From Proteromonas lacertae (taxonomy: Eukaryota), in assembly GCA_002245135.1 (NCBI GenBank), contig NGBS01000292.1:496001-560000 (forward strand): 64,000 nt of DNA. Reading direction: 5' to 3'. Below the pieces are notes generated by a model, which saw nothing but the letters and a program-made list of their open reading frames with translations, searched no databases and was not told the DNA's origin. Position 1 is the first letter of the stretch. Every line of letters starts with the position of its first letter. The position numbers were made by a program, and so were the translations under genes. This document shows, one piece after another, positions 1 through 14,476 of this stretch.

Positions 1-89
1 GATTGATATTTCTGTACAAATGATGAATTAAGTTCAAAACTCAATTTCATTGTATGGATTGATCTTATCAAATGAAATTTCAAAATCAT
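1..89 (-). CDS. 5' end of a probable class II (adenosylcobalamin) ribonucleotide reductase paralog with a short presequence-like extension; runs off the window
   Basis: The reverse strand from ATG at 89 reads MILKFHLIRSIHTMKLSFELNSSFVQKYQ. LSFELNSSFVQKYQ aligns with LCFHLDDNFVEQYR at the start of the class II RNR at 63499. Only 29 codons are visible. Confidence 0.5.
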   Translation of the reverse strand, partial: MILKFHLIRSIHTMKLSFELNSSFVQKYQ

Positions 90-266
90 TTTTTAATTTG
101 GAGGGATTTCGCGGCATCTGATTAAGATAATGCAATGATTTTGCTTTTTGCTATGTTATTATTCTTGTAGGAGATTAGCCATACAATTAATTTTCTCAAG
201 ATGAAAGAGTAGTATCACAATTAAAGAAATTATTGAGAAAAAAACACTGTTATAAGAGAAAAAAGA

Positions 267-1880
267 TTATAATATGTATTTTTTAGGATCATCTGGATCA
301 ATCATATCTTTTAATTTCTCCTCTACCATCTTTTCATCAACTACATACTTTTTACCTTTATAATCAGGAGCATCAAAACTAATCTCGTCCATAAGTTTTT
401 CAATAATTGTATGCAATCTTCTAGCACCAATATTTTCAACAGTAGCATTCATTTGGAAAGATAAACTTGCAATCTTCTTAATAGCTTCTTTTGTATATTC
501 TAACTTCACACCTTCAGTAGATAATAAAGCTTCTTGTTGTTCTAGCAAGTTATATTTCGGTTCAGTGAGAATTTGATAATAATTCTCTTCTGTCAAGGGC
601 TGTAAGTCAACTCTGATAGGAAACCTTCCTTGTAATTCAGGTAACAAACTAGACACTTTAGTTGTATGAAATGCACCAGATGCTATAAAAAGTATATGAT
701 CTGTATGAATAGGTCCATATTTAGTAGTAATTGTTGTGCCTTCAACTAGTGGTAATAAATCACGTTGTACACCTTCCGCACTAGCATCTGCTGATTTATC
801 TTTATCACCACTAACAACTTTATCAATTTCATCAATAACCACTATTCCTTTTTCTTCTACAGCTTTGATAGCATCAGAAATTGCAGATTTATCATTCACA
901 AATTGTGAAAATAATGATTCAAATATATATGGTCTAGCATCTTTGACTGATAATGTTTTACTAACTGTTTTATTCTGATTGATTGCTTTACCTAGAATTT
1001 CACCTAATATTATTCCACTACCTGCATCTAATGAGACATTGGTAAAGGAGGGAAAATCTTTTTCAACAACATCGATTGTGATTTGTCGATCATCTAACGC
1101 ACCTTCTCGAAGGAGTTTTCTAAATACTTCACGATCCTTTTTATCATGTTCTATACCGATTAATGAGTCTAATATTTTATTCTATTCACAATAATAATTT
1201 GAAAATATTAAAAGATAAAATAATATTCATACTTCAACTTGTTCATCGATTTTCTTCTTCATTTCTTTTTCTTTTAGTTTTTTTAATAGATTTATTCCAT
1301 TATCTAATAGATCTCTATATATTAATTTATAGTTATTAATTAATAAAAATATATACGTTATTATTGAATCAACATCTTTACCATGAAAACCAACTTCAGT
1401 ATATTTTGTTGCTTCTACTTTCACAAATGGAGCATTACATAGAGTAGCAAGTCTTCGAGAGATTTCTGTCTTACCACATCCTGTTGGACCTACCATTAGT
1501 ATATTCTTTGGATATATTTCCTTTTGTAAATCACTTGATAATTGTAAACGTCTCCATCTATTTCGTAGTGCTATTGCAACGGCATGTTTTGCATCCTCTT
1601 GACCAACTATGTGTTTATTTAATCTATCTACTACCTATAAACAATATTTCATGAATGAAATACTTCTTTTGGTGTTAGAGGTGGTAAATCATGAGCAATG
1701 CTCTTTGATTGTGTAGTATCTGTATTTTCTTTACTACTAACAACATAAATAATATAAATACGCTGATTCAGCCATATATCGTGTTGAAATAGATATACCA
1801 CATGTTTTTATATTTGTGTGTAATATATAATTAGATCCAATCGATCTTTTTATTGAGAATAATGCAAATTTCTGAAACAT
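267..1880 (-). CDS. hslU: Mitochondrial-type HslU/ClpY AAA+ ATPase of the HslUV protease (about 5 exons)
   Basis: Motifs [10 protein letters not shown] (Walker A), [21 protein letters not shown] (Walker B), [22 protein letters not shown] and ENIGARRL are present. The N-terminus [15 protein letters not shown]...STRYMAES is presequence-like. Introns at about 1182-1232, 1314-1357, 1635-1663 and 1734-1761. Confidence 0.95.
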
Positions 1881-1921
1881 TTTATTTCTCAAACCAAGCT
1901 TGTTCTTTTAAATACATTTTG

Positions 1922-4900
1922 ATGAATTCAAGCAGAATAAAGAAATCGGGAAGGAAGAAAAATAGAAGCAATGTTGAAGAATCAGAACATGAATCTCCCG
2001 CGTATATTACTTGTATTATATCAATAGTAAAAGGTTGAAAATCGAATATATAGCCAAAATCTCATCAAATTTCACACATCAAATAAGTCAAATTGACCCG
2101 TTGCCAGAATCACTCAAAATTATATTGAATAACTCAGTTGAAAGAGATATTATACATACAAGACAAGCCAAAGTGTATTATGATGGTTGGACCGCTTTGT
2201 ATTTCAATAAATTCATATATGTTTGGAAATACAATGAGGGTGAAGTTTATATTTATAATGATGTATGTGTTTTCTTCTTATTCTTTTTACTAGTTGCCAA
2301 CTGATGAAGATCCATTAAACTCATCATTAATCCAAATATTTCCAGGCAGTGATTCAAGCCATCCAAGTCTATTAGTGGTTTACCCATCAGGAAATTGTTA
2401 TTTCAGAGAAAGTTTAAAAATTAACAGTTTATTTGGAAAAATATCACTTCACAAATACTCAAAATGTGTCAATTTACAGCGAATAAAAGATTCTCACTTT
2501 CTATTACTATCCTCAGATATGACATTATATCATATAACAACAAATCCAACAAAAGGATTTAGTTGGATTGAATTGAGTTTTACATACAGCTATTTACCTG
2601 TTATTACAAAGATGATTCCTTTATTTCCATATTATCCTTCATGTATTTATATATATATATAATATATATTTATAATAGATATAAATTGTTATAATTATCA
2701 CAATCTCTTCATCGAATCAAACCAAATAATCATTATCAACAATCAGTATATTACTCGTTTATTGATCAATGATGATAAAGAAATGAATAATATAACTTGT
2801 ACAGGTCAATATGATGTTATTAAGAAAGGAATTCCAACAATAACATCAATAGAAAATAATAATAATGAAAATACCCCAAATGAAGTTACAATTGTTGATA
2901 CAATTGTTGATAAAAGTATAATTATTTTATATTTTATAATTTATATATTCTTTTATATATAAATAGATTTATTATACATATTAATCGGATGTCAACAATA
3001 CAATACAATTCAAAAACAAGAAACTTTAGCCTATTTCTTAATGACATTTGATATATCAAAGAATAAAGATATTACATTAATTCAAACAGTTTGTGTTTGT
3101 GATAAATATAAATGGGATAATAACATTAATAATAGACTGATTAACTCTGAAATTGTTATTGATAGTTTTGATCAATTATATATTATGATCTATGATGTTG
3201 ATGATAATAATAATAACAACAATAAAGAGGTTGTAAATGCTTTTATTTGCAATAGAAATAAACTGAAAAATGAAAAATCATTTGATATGATAAAGTTAGA
3301 TTATTTCAAAGATATATATGGATATAGCAGTTTAACTAAAAATTCAAATACAATTATGATGATTTTAACTAAATGTTATGGTTATATTACAATCCGATTA
3401 CCCGTCCATATTCGTTCAGAGATTGGAATAGGTGATATGTCAAATATGTCAAGCTATAATAAATTAGATAATTGTTTTCAATCCTATTTAAAGAATGAAA
3501 TTGATATAATGACAAGTGAAGATAAAAATGATGAGACGGTTGAGTGGAATGATATAGTGATGAAATATAGTGATAATTTGGTAGATGCTGAACCAATTTT
3601 ACCATCATTACAATATAAAAACATATTAAGTGATAATAATAATAAATCTCAACAACAGCAACAACAACAACTGCAAGAGTTTTATACCAACCAGCAAGTA
3701 ATTGGAGAAGGAATTAAGAAAAAGCTTGACACCTATCAAGCCTATTTGAATTATTTGAAAAAGAGTGAGTTATATCCAAAGGATGCTGAAATTCAATTGA
3801 AATTATTAAGTAACTATGAGATTCTATTATTATCACGCAAATTCCATGAGAATTATTCCAAAATTTATTCTCAACAACAAGAATACTCCAAAACAATAGA
3901 AGTCATACAGCAAATGATGAAGATAGTAGTATCAGACAATAATAATAATAATAATAACAGCAATAATAACATAGAATTACAGTTTTACACCTCATTATCT
4001 CAATTTCCCAAACTAATTTCTTCTTTACTCAACCTACAAGATGAATATTATTATTTAGATGAAACTCCTACTAGTGCAACCACCACAAATAGATTTACTT
4101 ATTTCCCAATCACAGTTATTACAAAAATATTAGTTGATATGTTTAAATGTTTAATAGATATTAGAAAGAATGTATGCAATATGGAATATGATGTTATCTT
4201 TAAAGAATCACCATTTGATCGAAATTCTAAGTTGATTTGGACTAATTCTAATGAAATAAGAAATGCATTTAGTGAATATTTATATAATATAGAGAATGAA
4301 ATGAATCTACAAAAGTATTCCAAAGATTTAACTGATTTATATAGAGAGATAGGTAATATTATGTTATCATTATATGAAGATAATTCAGATAAATTAAAGG
4401 AACAATTATTCAAGTTTTTAATAGATTTTGGAGGTAATGACAATAATAAAACTATAAAATTTGCTGAAAGTATAAAATACTTCAAAGCTTTGATAAAAAT
4501 GATAGAAAATAATTACAGTAAAGAAAAAATAGTTAAATCTAAAATTGAGAAAGAAAAGTACAAAAGTATTATAAAGAATTACTTTGTAACTTTCGAAGAG
4601 CAAAATTTTGCTTATCATTATATTAACTACCATAAAAATGAACCTTATAAATATTTGACATTTGTAAATGAAATTCCTGTAGAAATAGAGAAATTTCTAA
4701 TTGATAATAATAACAATGACATTCTTCCATTATTCTATCAATTAAGAAAACAGTATGAAAAGTGTAGTGATGAATATCAATCATTAGCTTGTAGAATAAG
4801 TGATAATAATGATTTAAAACAGAGGTACTTGTGTTTATCAACTTTAAATCATTATATTGCAATGAAAAACAATAATAAAGAAGTTGTATCAGTCGAAGAA

Positions 4901-5446
4901 AATGAGGATGAAAATGACAATGATGTTAAATTGAATGAATTAAAGAATGATATTAGAATAACTGAATGTCAAAATGATTTTGAAGAAATACTTCATCTTG
5001 TAGATGATAGTGTTTTCAGTATTGAAGATTATATAGAAAAGATTAAACGATATATTCAAAATAATAGAAATGAGATTGAAAATATCAGAAAGTTGTTTAA
5101 AATTGTTGTTGTTGTTGTTTTTTCATGTAATGAAAGTGTAATGAAAAAGAAAGAGTATTTTGATGATATACTCATTTTTGTTGTGAAAAAAGAACAGAAT
5201 TTATATGACAAGTATGTGAAATTAATTAAAAAGAAATTTGGTGATGATAATTATGATAAGAATGTAATTAATAATTATATTCAAGATAATATAAGTGATA
5301 TTAAAGAATTATTGCTATTCCAAGTTATAAACGAATTAAAGAATAATTTGAAGAGAGATGTGTGTATTGAATCATTTGACAGGAATCTTACACCTGATCT
5401 TAAAGCATTATGTATGGAAATTGTGGATAAAGCATTACTGATATAG
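1922..5446 (+). CDS. NUP133: Nucleoporin Nup133-like (N-terminal beta-propeller, C-terminal helical domain), multi-exon
   Basis: DGWTALYFNKFIYVWKY resembles the Nup133 propeller GW...IWK segment. C-terminal KFAESIKYFKALIKM, NYFVTFEEQNFAYHYINYH, EIEKFL...KQYEKCSDEYQSLA and KQRYLCLSTL match Nup133 C-terminal motifs in order. Confidence 0.75.
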
Positions 5447-5576
5447 ATGAATTATCAATTCAAACATATTATCAATTTTTATTATTTTGTTTTTAATATT
5501 ATGTTTATTGAATGGTAAAATGTGTTAATAAGCGATAATAAAAAAACAATATTCAATATATATTTATTCATAATGA

Positions 5577-6025
5577 CTACTTTGTTTCAATTCTGAGTTT
5601 GTGAAGTGACACAAAATCATCAAAGGCTGAAGTGATTGTGAACTTTAAGAACAGCACATCAGTTGGATCAGATAAGGTTAGTATTTCATTTTGATAGCTG
5701 TCAGTATTATTTGCCATTTTTAATGTGCCTAATGTAGACCATTTACCTGGTGGTTCATCTGTTGCATAATCCAAATCAATTAATTTTGCCTTGTTAGCTA
5801 AAACGGTAATTCTTCCTATTTTTATGGGTGCAGCAAATTGTACTATTATTTCTTGTGGAAAGCATCCTGTAGTAACCCAAAATTTGTTAATATCTCTATA
5901 TATTATAACAATGACTATAAATACGGGTCTAACAAATTTGATGGTGGGTGATTGGGATCATAACATGATGCAGAGTATATTGTAGCTTTTGATAAGGGAT
6001 TATTTTCGTCGTCAATGAAGGGCAT
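5577..6025 (-). CDS. IFT25: Intraflagellar transport protein 25 (HSPB11)
   Basis: With a 29-nt intron (5896-5924) removed the product is MPFIDDENNPLSKATIYSASCYDPNHPPSNLLDPDINKFWVTTGCFPQEIIVQF...YQNE...FLKFTITSAFDDFVSLHKL. This matches the IFT25 motifs HPPxN, FWxTTGxFPQE and I.SAFDxF.S.H. Confidence 0.9.
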
Positions 6026-6346
6026 TGGTAAAACGTTTTTGATTTGAAAAATGAAACGCCTATATATTCAAAATAGAATTCAATTATTCAAAATATCTCA
6101 TTAAATGAGTTATGAAATAAAGAATATCTGGTATTAGAAGTTAAAAGAAGACAATGCAAAAAATAAAAACAAGATTAAGTATTGTCTAGTCTATATCTTG
6201 TTTTTGACTAATTTTATTATTTCAGTTATATATATATGATGCTCAATTTTGCATATAATAGAACAAAATTAGAACAATTAAATCACATCATCAATAAAAT
6301 AGTAAAAAAGTAATAACTTGGCTTGACTATTTCTAAAGTTTTTTGA

Positions 6347-8454
6347 ATGAATCAAAATTATCAAAAACTAATAGAAGAACTTCGAAAAAATAATTTGAAT
6401 TTTACTGTAAAAGCATTAGTGTGTGAATTGCATAGACATGTATATATTTAAATACGAATTTATAGGAAATGAGTGTAGAAGAAAGTGAGATCATTGTAAG
6501 AGAATATAAACAATTTTATAATTGGGTAAATGGATCAATTTCAGTAATTAAAGTATTAAAACTTGTTTTTAGTTTAGGATGAACTAACGCCAATGTTATT
6601 TCCATTATTTGCCAAGTGTTTATACCTTCTACTAAACTGTAAAGATTGTCAAACTAATCAAAACTCCGAAATACTCACAACAAGCAAAAATTTCATAGAA
6701 TCTTTTAAATCCAATTTTCTAGACTATTATGAAGATGAAATAATAGAATTACTAAAAATTACATCACCCTCTCATGTATAATGACTATTGAATAATAAAT
6801 TATAAATAGTTAAAAGAATGTGAATTATTACAAAATCTAAAATCAAAAAAATACAATATACACATAATAGATCCAATAAAAGAAATATTATACAATCATC
6901 TAATAGTTAATAAATATGTAAATTTATTTGAAATAATCAACGAAGTATCAAGATTTCATTCTATTTCTTTTGTAATTAGACATTTAATATTCATAATCAT
7001 GAAGAAAAGAAAGACGATATGAAAATACCTCATCTTTCACCTTGTCATTGTGTGCCTTACCCTGAGAATATGAATAATGAATTGGAATTATCCACCAAAA
7101 TACCATTGAGAAGAAAATATCCACCATATGAAGCTGCTAATTTATATATGAATACTATTATCAATAATGTATAGAATAATGATATATTTAAAATAATAGA
7201 AAAATGATATAAATACTAGTGGATATAAATTATATCTCAATACAATTAATGAAATTACTAAGAAAGAACCAGTGGAAGAGAAATCAGTAAATGACTATTA
7301 TAGTTTCACTAATAATAATATAGGAATAAGATATGAAAATGTATTTTTATTTTTATTTTTATTTATTTATATATAGATGTTGAATGATATTTGTAGGATG
7401 GTAGCATTAGATCATAATGAACCTCCAATTTGTTTTTATACATTTCTTAATAGTGGTGATAGTATTAATTCAATCAAAATAAGTGGTGATGGATCTCAAG
7501 TATAATATTATTATTTTCTTTATATATAGATTATTGTTGGAACTGTTTATGGTGAAATTAAAGTGTGGAGAAGTCGATATGGATTATTCGCATTAGAAAA
7601 AGAAAATATCAATAAGGCAACTACTGAAACAATAAAAGTATAAATAATTTCTATTATTTTATCATAAATAGTTCAATTTATATGGTCATAATTGTAGTGT
7701 TACTGCTTTAGATATTCATTACTCTTATTCTTACCTAATATCAGGAGATAGTAATGGAAATATTAAACTATGGTCGTTGGAACTTCAAAAGCAATTAGTG
7801 AACTATTTTGGTCATAATTCATCTTCTATTTGGGATTTGAAATTCAGTCCAGATGGTTCATTCTTTATATCTGCTTCTAGTGATAGAACTGTCAGATTAT
7901 ATTGTACACATAAAACAAACTGTTTGAGATTATTTATGGGTCATAATGATGATGTGAATTGTTGTGAATGGCATCCTAATTGTAGATTGATTGCAAGTGG
8001 TAGTGATGATAAAATCATTAGATTATGGGAAGTTAAATCAGGGTATATTATATATTCATATATATTCATATATTATTATTTAAATAGAAATACAGTGAGA
8101 TGTTGTATTGGTCATAAAAGCAGTGTTACTTGTTTAGCATTTTATCAGAATAATTTCCCGCTGTTAGTCTCAGGAAGTGTAGATGGTGAAATTATTATAT
8201 GGAATTTGAATCTTAAGACTGCTGATAAGATATTGAGAAGATTAAATGAACATAATAAGATGGTAAATAGTATTACTGTTTCTTATGATGGTGTTTATAT
8301 TGCTTCTTGTTCAATGGATGGAACAATAAAGTTGTGGAGTGGATTAGATAAGAATACAAGTGAAAATACATTTTATACAAAGAATAGTACTATTCAAAAT
8401 TGTTTTTTTAATATGAGAAATATTATTATTGGTTGTGGTTGTTATAATCTATAA
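6347..8454 (+). CDS. TAF5: TFIID subunit 5 (LisH, NTD2, WD40 repeats), multi-exon
   Basis: LisH-like LIEELRKNNLNFTVKALVCEL; NTD2-like YNWVNGSIS-FRDELTPMLFPLF; the TAF5 hallmark PPICFYTFLN; then WD40 repeats (GHNDDVNCCEWHPNCRLIASGSDDKIIRLW). Confidence 0.88.
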
Positions 8455-8528
8455 TTTTTATTATTTTAATATATATTTTTATTGTTGAATTTATAAAATA
8501 ATAAAAAAATATCAAAATAGAAAATGAT

Positions 8529-10062
8529 TTAGTTGCTAATGCTATATTCTTTTTTATAATAATTAGCAGTGCTTGGATCTTTTATTATCTCCATCACTAC
8601 ATCCACTGGATCAGTTCCATCTTGAATAATCTCTTCAATCAAATTCACTATTTTCAATTTCTCAAAGAAATTAACTACAGTCTGATTATTATGTTTATAA
8701 CCCAATATCAATCTTTCAGCTCTTATTCTTAACCCAGTATCATCTTCATCTTTCTCTTTACCTAAATGACAACATTCTTCAATTGAACATACAGTAGCAG
8801 GATACTATTAATAATATATTAATAATTATTATACTTTTATTGCTACAAGTGGTGGAACTGGTGATCTTTCTATATTATCTTTTGGATTCATTCTCTTTAG
8901 TGAAGGTGTAGTTTTAGGTGGTTTTGGATATATAAACTCATTATCATTACTACTGTCACTTTGATCATTATTATTATTATCATCATCATCTTCACTACTA
9001 CTCATCATCATCATCATCATCATCAATTGAACTAGATGGTGATATATCATTTGTATAGAACACTTTATCATTTTCTAATAACTCATAACTTTCTATTTAT
9101 AAAGTAAAAAATAATAATAATATAAAAAAATACCTAAAAAACTAATTCTATTTTCGTACAATACATCTAAATACTCCTTTTTTCTTCTGATTGCTTGTTT
9201 TTCTAATAAATCTAAATTTCTTCGTCTTTGTCTTATTTCTAGTAATGTAAATTCACATTCATTCTCTATTTGATTCAAGGAAGCCATGAAGTATATTTGA
9301 TATTTAATAATCTCTAGTATATAACTAATAATTTCATGTTGATAATATGCAATATCATATTCATCATATTTTAAGAAGAATTGGTTTAAAAAATCGAAAA
9401 ATTGCTCATCAAAGTATCCCTCTTTATTATTTGCATTTAATATTGATGTAACGGATGAATATAAAGACATTAGAAGCGATCGAGTGAATGTTTGCTTTTT
9501 ATTGGCTAATTTTGGAGTTAATGAGATTAATTCTTGTTTTAAGTAATTTTCTACTTCCTGTATTACTGGATGGTCTATTTCTTTAGGAGTTGTTATTCTA
9601 TTGTTTGTTGTAGAGGATGTATCTAAGAAATCATCTATTGATTTATGAGGTTTATGTGTAATTACTTCAAAGCATTGTCTTATGTATATTCCTAAATCTG
9701 GATCGTCAAGATCAACTGGAATTTAAATAGGAGAGCATTGTTTCTATTATTGTATGACTTTTGGGGTGTTTTTTGAGTAATCTACTTAATCCCTCTGTTA
9801 TTAATCTTTCTTCTCCTTCAATATCCACTTCATCTTCATCATCATCACTATCAACTTCATCTTTTTCTTTATTTACTTCCTAAGACATAATATTCTATGA
9901 AATACAAATTTTAATAGTTTTGTATTTATTTCTGATAGTTCTATGTTTATTAGAGCATTCAGTTTTTCAGCCAAATACTCCTTAGATACAAGCATAGGCA
10001 CAGATTCACTACCACTAAAAATATCTATTTAAATAAATCTTCAGTGCAATACGATCTTCCAT
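8529..10062 (-). CDS. Uncharacterised protein with a coiled-coil region, an acidic linker and a possible C-terminal PWWP-like module; apparent frameshifts
   Basis: Exons join ORFs 9093-9470, 8829-9071 and 8529-8711. The C-terminal PPLVAIK-YPATVC...VVNFFE loosely follows the PWWP pattern. Confidence 0.4.
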
Positions 10063-10217
10063 AGGAAATGTTTAAAAAGATAATGGCTTTAATTAAAATT
10101 ATATATCAAGCAAAAGTAACAATTTAAAATCAATTCAAAAATATGGGGTATGAAAATTGATCCAAAAAAGAGCAGTTAGATTAATTATTTTTGCCAATTT
10201 CTATTGTTTCTGAGAAG

Positions 10218-12983
10218 ATGTCGTTCAATAGTACACCAGGAAAAAGAATATCGAATAGTATTGATTGTAATATGATATAATTTCATAGCTCAAAACCAAG
10301 TTATTAGAAACAACTCTCCTCCTGTTAGAGGAAAAAGATTATCACAAACAGGAACTGCACAAGGAGATCAGCAACAGCCATTAATCATGGATATTGCTTC
10401 CATTAGACAAATGAGGTCATATGTAGGAAATGGAACACCTACTGGTAGTAAATACACTCCAGACTATCGTCCGCAATTCATACCAGCCCATTTAGATGAA
10501 ATGATCCAAGAAAAAATGTCAAGAAAAAATACACCAAGCAAACCACCACTTTCTTCTAACAAATCAACTCCATTTAAAAGTCCACAACAACCAGTCATAA
10601 TGCAAACACCCCAATCTCAAATAAGAACATCAGTTATCCAATATCCCGATAATAAATCCAATAAAAACACTCCAAGTAAATTTGATGATTCAAAACAAGC
10701 ATTAAGTCAATTATCGCAACACCTATCATCCATTAGAAAGGGGGAGAATAATCCTTATTATAAACCACCACCATCAGAACAATCTTCACCAAATAGAGAT
10801 CCAATATTACCTTATTACTCAACACAAATGAATACAAATACAACTATTGGTTCTACAACATACAATTCTTCAACTACTACAACACCTGGTGCTGCTACAA
10901 ATCGTAGACTGTCTAGTACATATTCTGGTAACAATTCCTCCAATAATACTCCAGTTTATTCATCAGGAATAGGTAGAAGAAATTCATTATTATATTATCC
11001 AACTTCTAACACAAAGAACCAAGATTTCGCTACAACTTTATTACAAAAAGATGAAGAACAATTTCAAATTGACAATAATATTAATAATAATAATAATACT
11101 GAAAAGAATCCAATAGTAATTGAAAGAAGAAGATTATCAGCAACTTCAGGTAGAAGATCAGCTTCAGCAACACCTGCAAAGAATAAACCAGTATCTGGTG
11201 TAATAAAGGAATTATCTGAATGTAGAAATAGAATAATAGAATTAACTGATCGAGTGAAAGAATTAGATGTTAGTAGAAATTATACACCAACGAAACCACA
11301 AGGATATTTAGCATCAAGTTATAATAATAATATTGATAATTCACAAGTAGAACAACAACAACAACAACAACAAGTTACTCAATATGTTGATTATAATGAT
11401 TGTCATAATGAATATAACGATATAACAAAGAATTTAAAAGATATAACTGATGCAATGAATGAAAATGGAGGAAATTCAATAGAAGAACCACCAATTATTC
11501 CATCAATAAGAAAGGAACTATTAAACGAATCAAATTCAACACCTTATAAGATGAGTAGAGTAGAGAATTATATGACTTCTGATAAATATTTTAAAAGTAC
11601 AAATTTCAAGAAGAATTCTATCGCTGAACAGTATGAACCTTATAAAAAAGTAAGTAATAACAGAATCAATTACAACGAGCCAAACCTTTATGAGAATGAT
11701 CCGTTAGAGACTGACAGTGTTGAAATATTAGAGACAAGAATAAGAGCAGAACGATCTCCAATATCAACACATAATAAATACTATCCACATAAGAAATCAA
11801 TTAGACAAATTAGAAAAGAACAAGAAGAGAGAGAAATGAGATTAAAACAATCATCCACATCAACATCAGCTTCTTCATCATCAATGTATTACCAACCACC
11901 AACTGTTAATACAACTACAACAAGTGATACACATATGTATGATACAAATGCAAATAATACAACATCATTACAATCATCCTTCAATTTGTCTGAGAGTTTA
12001 ATTACTCCTGAAAGTCCAACAATTCCTTCTTATATGTCCCATTTCCAACAGAATCCTATTGCTAGTCCTGTCAATCCAAATATATCATTAACTCCAATTC
12101 CTAAACCAATTAGACATATTGATGTGGATGATGACAATGATAATAATGATTCAAGAATGACATTAACTCCAACTGATGATCCTTCTATTGAGAATAGTGA
12201 AGAATTAGTGCAAAGTGGCTGATAATTTAGAATCAGTAACAGAACCACCACCAGCTGATGAGGAAAAACCTTCAGAAATACAACAACAACCAGCAACTGA
12301 AGAAACACCAGGTGAAGAAAAACCTGCTGAAGAAGAAAAGCCAGCTGAAGAAGAAGAAAAACCAGCAGAGGAAGAAAAACCAACAGAAGAACAACCAACA
12401 CCAGCTGATGAAGAAAAATCATCAACAGAAGAAGAAGAAAAACCAACAGAAGAAAACAACCAACAGAAGAAAACAACAACAGAAGAACAACAACCAACAG
12501 AAGAACAACAACCAACAACTGAAGAAACATCAGCTGAAGAACAACCAACAGAAGAAGGGAAACCAACAACTGAAGAAGAACAACAACAGAAGAAGAACAA
12601 CCAACAGCTGAAGAAGAAAAAAAACAGAAGAACAACAACAACAACTGAAGAAACATCAGTGAAGAACAACCAACAGAAGAAGGAAACCAACAACTGAAGA
12701 AGAACAACAACCAACAGAAGAAGAAAACCAACAGCTGAAGAAGAAGAAAAACCAACAGAAGAACAACCAACACCAGCTGATGAAGAAAATCATCAGCATG
12801 AAGAAGAACAAACCAACAGAAGAACAACAACCAACAGAAGAACAACAACAACTGAAGAAACATCAGCTGAAGAACAACCAACAGAAGAAGGAAACCAACA
12901 GAGAAGAACAACCAACAACAGAAGAACCACCTGCTGAACAAGCTCCAGTAGAAGAAAATACTGATGTAGCTTCTTCAGAATAA
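10218..12983 (+). CDS. Low-complexity S/T/P/N-rich protein with a C-terminal acidic EEKPT/EEQPT repeat tail (frameshifted in the assembly)
   Basis: A 611-aa ORF continues, after a frameshift near 12215, into tandem (E)EEKPAEE/EEQQPTEE repeats ending PVEENTDVASSE* at 12983. Confidence 0.6.
12240..12940 (+). repeat. Coding minisatellite of gaagaa/caacca/acagaa units
   Basis: Tandem degenerate 21-27 bp units, plus a longer block (aaaaccaacagaagaacaaccaacaccagctgatgaagaaaa) repeated at about 12376 and 12747. Confidence 0.85.
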
Positions 12984-13176
12984 TTTTAATTTATTAATTC
13001 TTTTTATTTTTTAAAATTTATGTAATGAACTGATGTTGTTTTTGTCGCTTATATATTATTTGTATATTTTAATTTGATTTCTGCAATTATCTAGTTGAAT
13101 AAAGGAAGGTTGAAAACAACAAACTGTTTGTTCAAAATAGTTTTAATTATTTTGTTTTTTTAATAAAATCATATAA

Positions 13177-14476
13177 ATGTCAGAAGGTATTTCATATTAT
13201 GATTATTATCTTAAAAGGAGACACAAAAGAGAAAGAAGCAGATACTAATCCATCTAGTGTTGAGTTTAAAGAGGATTCTAAGATACTAGCCGTATAAAAA
13301 GGATTATAATATTTAGCCACCTATGCAAGATGGAGGGATAAATGAAATAATGGATGCTCCATCTCCTATTGTTGGAAAAGAAGAAGTTGAGAAAATGAAG
13401 TTTGGTAAAAGGCCAGGTGAGGTTGATTTAGATGCAGATTCACCAAAAATTATAGAAGAGTGGAAAGGTATATTATCAGACTATGAAAAATATAAAAAGA
13501 AACATGAATCGAAATTGAAGAAACTTATAAGATTAGGAATACCAAATCTACTTCGAGGACGAGGATGGCTAGTATTTTCTGGAGTAGAGGACAAAATTAA
13601 CCCAAGTATGAAATATAGATTTTAATTATTAATTAATAGGTGAAATAGAAGAATTATTATCAAAACACAAATCACTATCACCATCAGCTCATACTCATTA
13701 TGGTGGTAGTATTGATAGAGACATTTCTAGAACTTTCCCAGATTATGCAATGTTCAAAAATGGTAATTATGGTGCTTGTGAATTGAAAAGAGTATTAATC
13801 GCTTATGCAATAAAACATCCAGAGATAGGTTATTGTCAAGGAATGAATTTTGTTGTTGGTATTCTATTGCAATATCTAAACGAAACTGAAGCATTTTTTA
13901 TGCTAGAAAATATAATTCACAATCCAAAATATGATATGCAGAGAATGTATAATGATTCATTATATAAATTACATTTGTGTGTTTATCAAGTATATATATA
14001 TATTATTATATATTATTATTATATTTAGTTTCATGGAATAATGGACAGATTCATTCCTCGTATAAAGAAACATTTTCAAAATCTTGGAATTGATCCATTG
14101 ATATTCATATCAGAAGTATAATAAATTATTATTTCTATATATTTCTATATATAGTGGTTTATTCCATTATATTCAAGAACTTTCCCATTAGGATTTGTAG
14201 TAAGAATATGGGATGCTTATTTTTATGAAGGTATAAAGATATTATTTAGAATTGGTATTGCTTTACTTAAAATAAATGAAAGTATATTATTATTATTATT
14301 ATATAGGTCAATTATTAACATATGATTTAGAAGGAGTGATGAATTTCTTCAAGACATTACCTCAAAGAGTAACTGTTGCTACTGTATTGGAATGTGCTTA
14401 TTCATTATCACTGAGTCATAGGCATTTAGATCATTATCAACGTGAATATGAAAAATTACATGCCGATCATAAATAA
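13177..14476 (+). CDS. TBC-domain Rab GTPase-activating protein, multi-exon
   Basis: LIRLGIPNLLRGRGW, IDRDISRTFP (arginine finger), IGYCQGMNFVVGILL (glutamine finger), WFIPLYSRTFP and RIWDAYFYEG. Confidence 0.93.

Noticed and set aside
12240..12940. CRISPR-like array
   Set aside because: These are degenerate coding repeats with no constant repeat and unique spacer pattern, in a eukaryotic context with no cas genes.
12030..12941. Long hydrophobic minus-strand ORFs (also 21143-21340, 27324-27554, 31564-31788, 37477-37839, 40827-41225, 54033-54730)
   Set aside because: They are antisense shadows of low-complexity E/K/Q/N/T-rich coding repeats.
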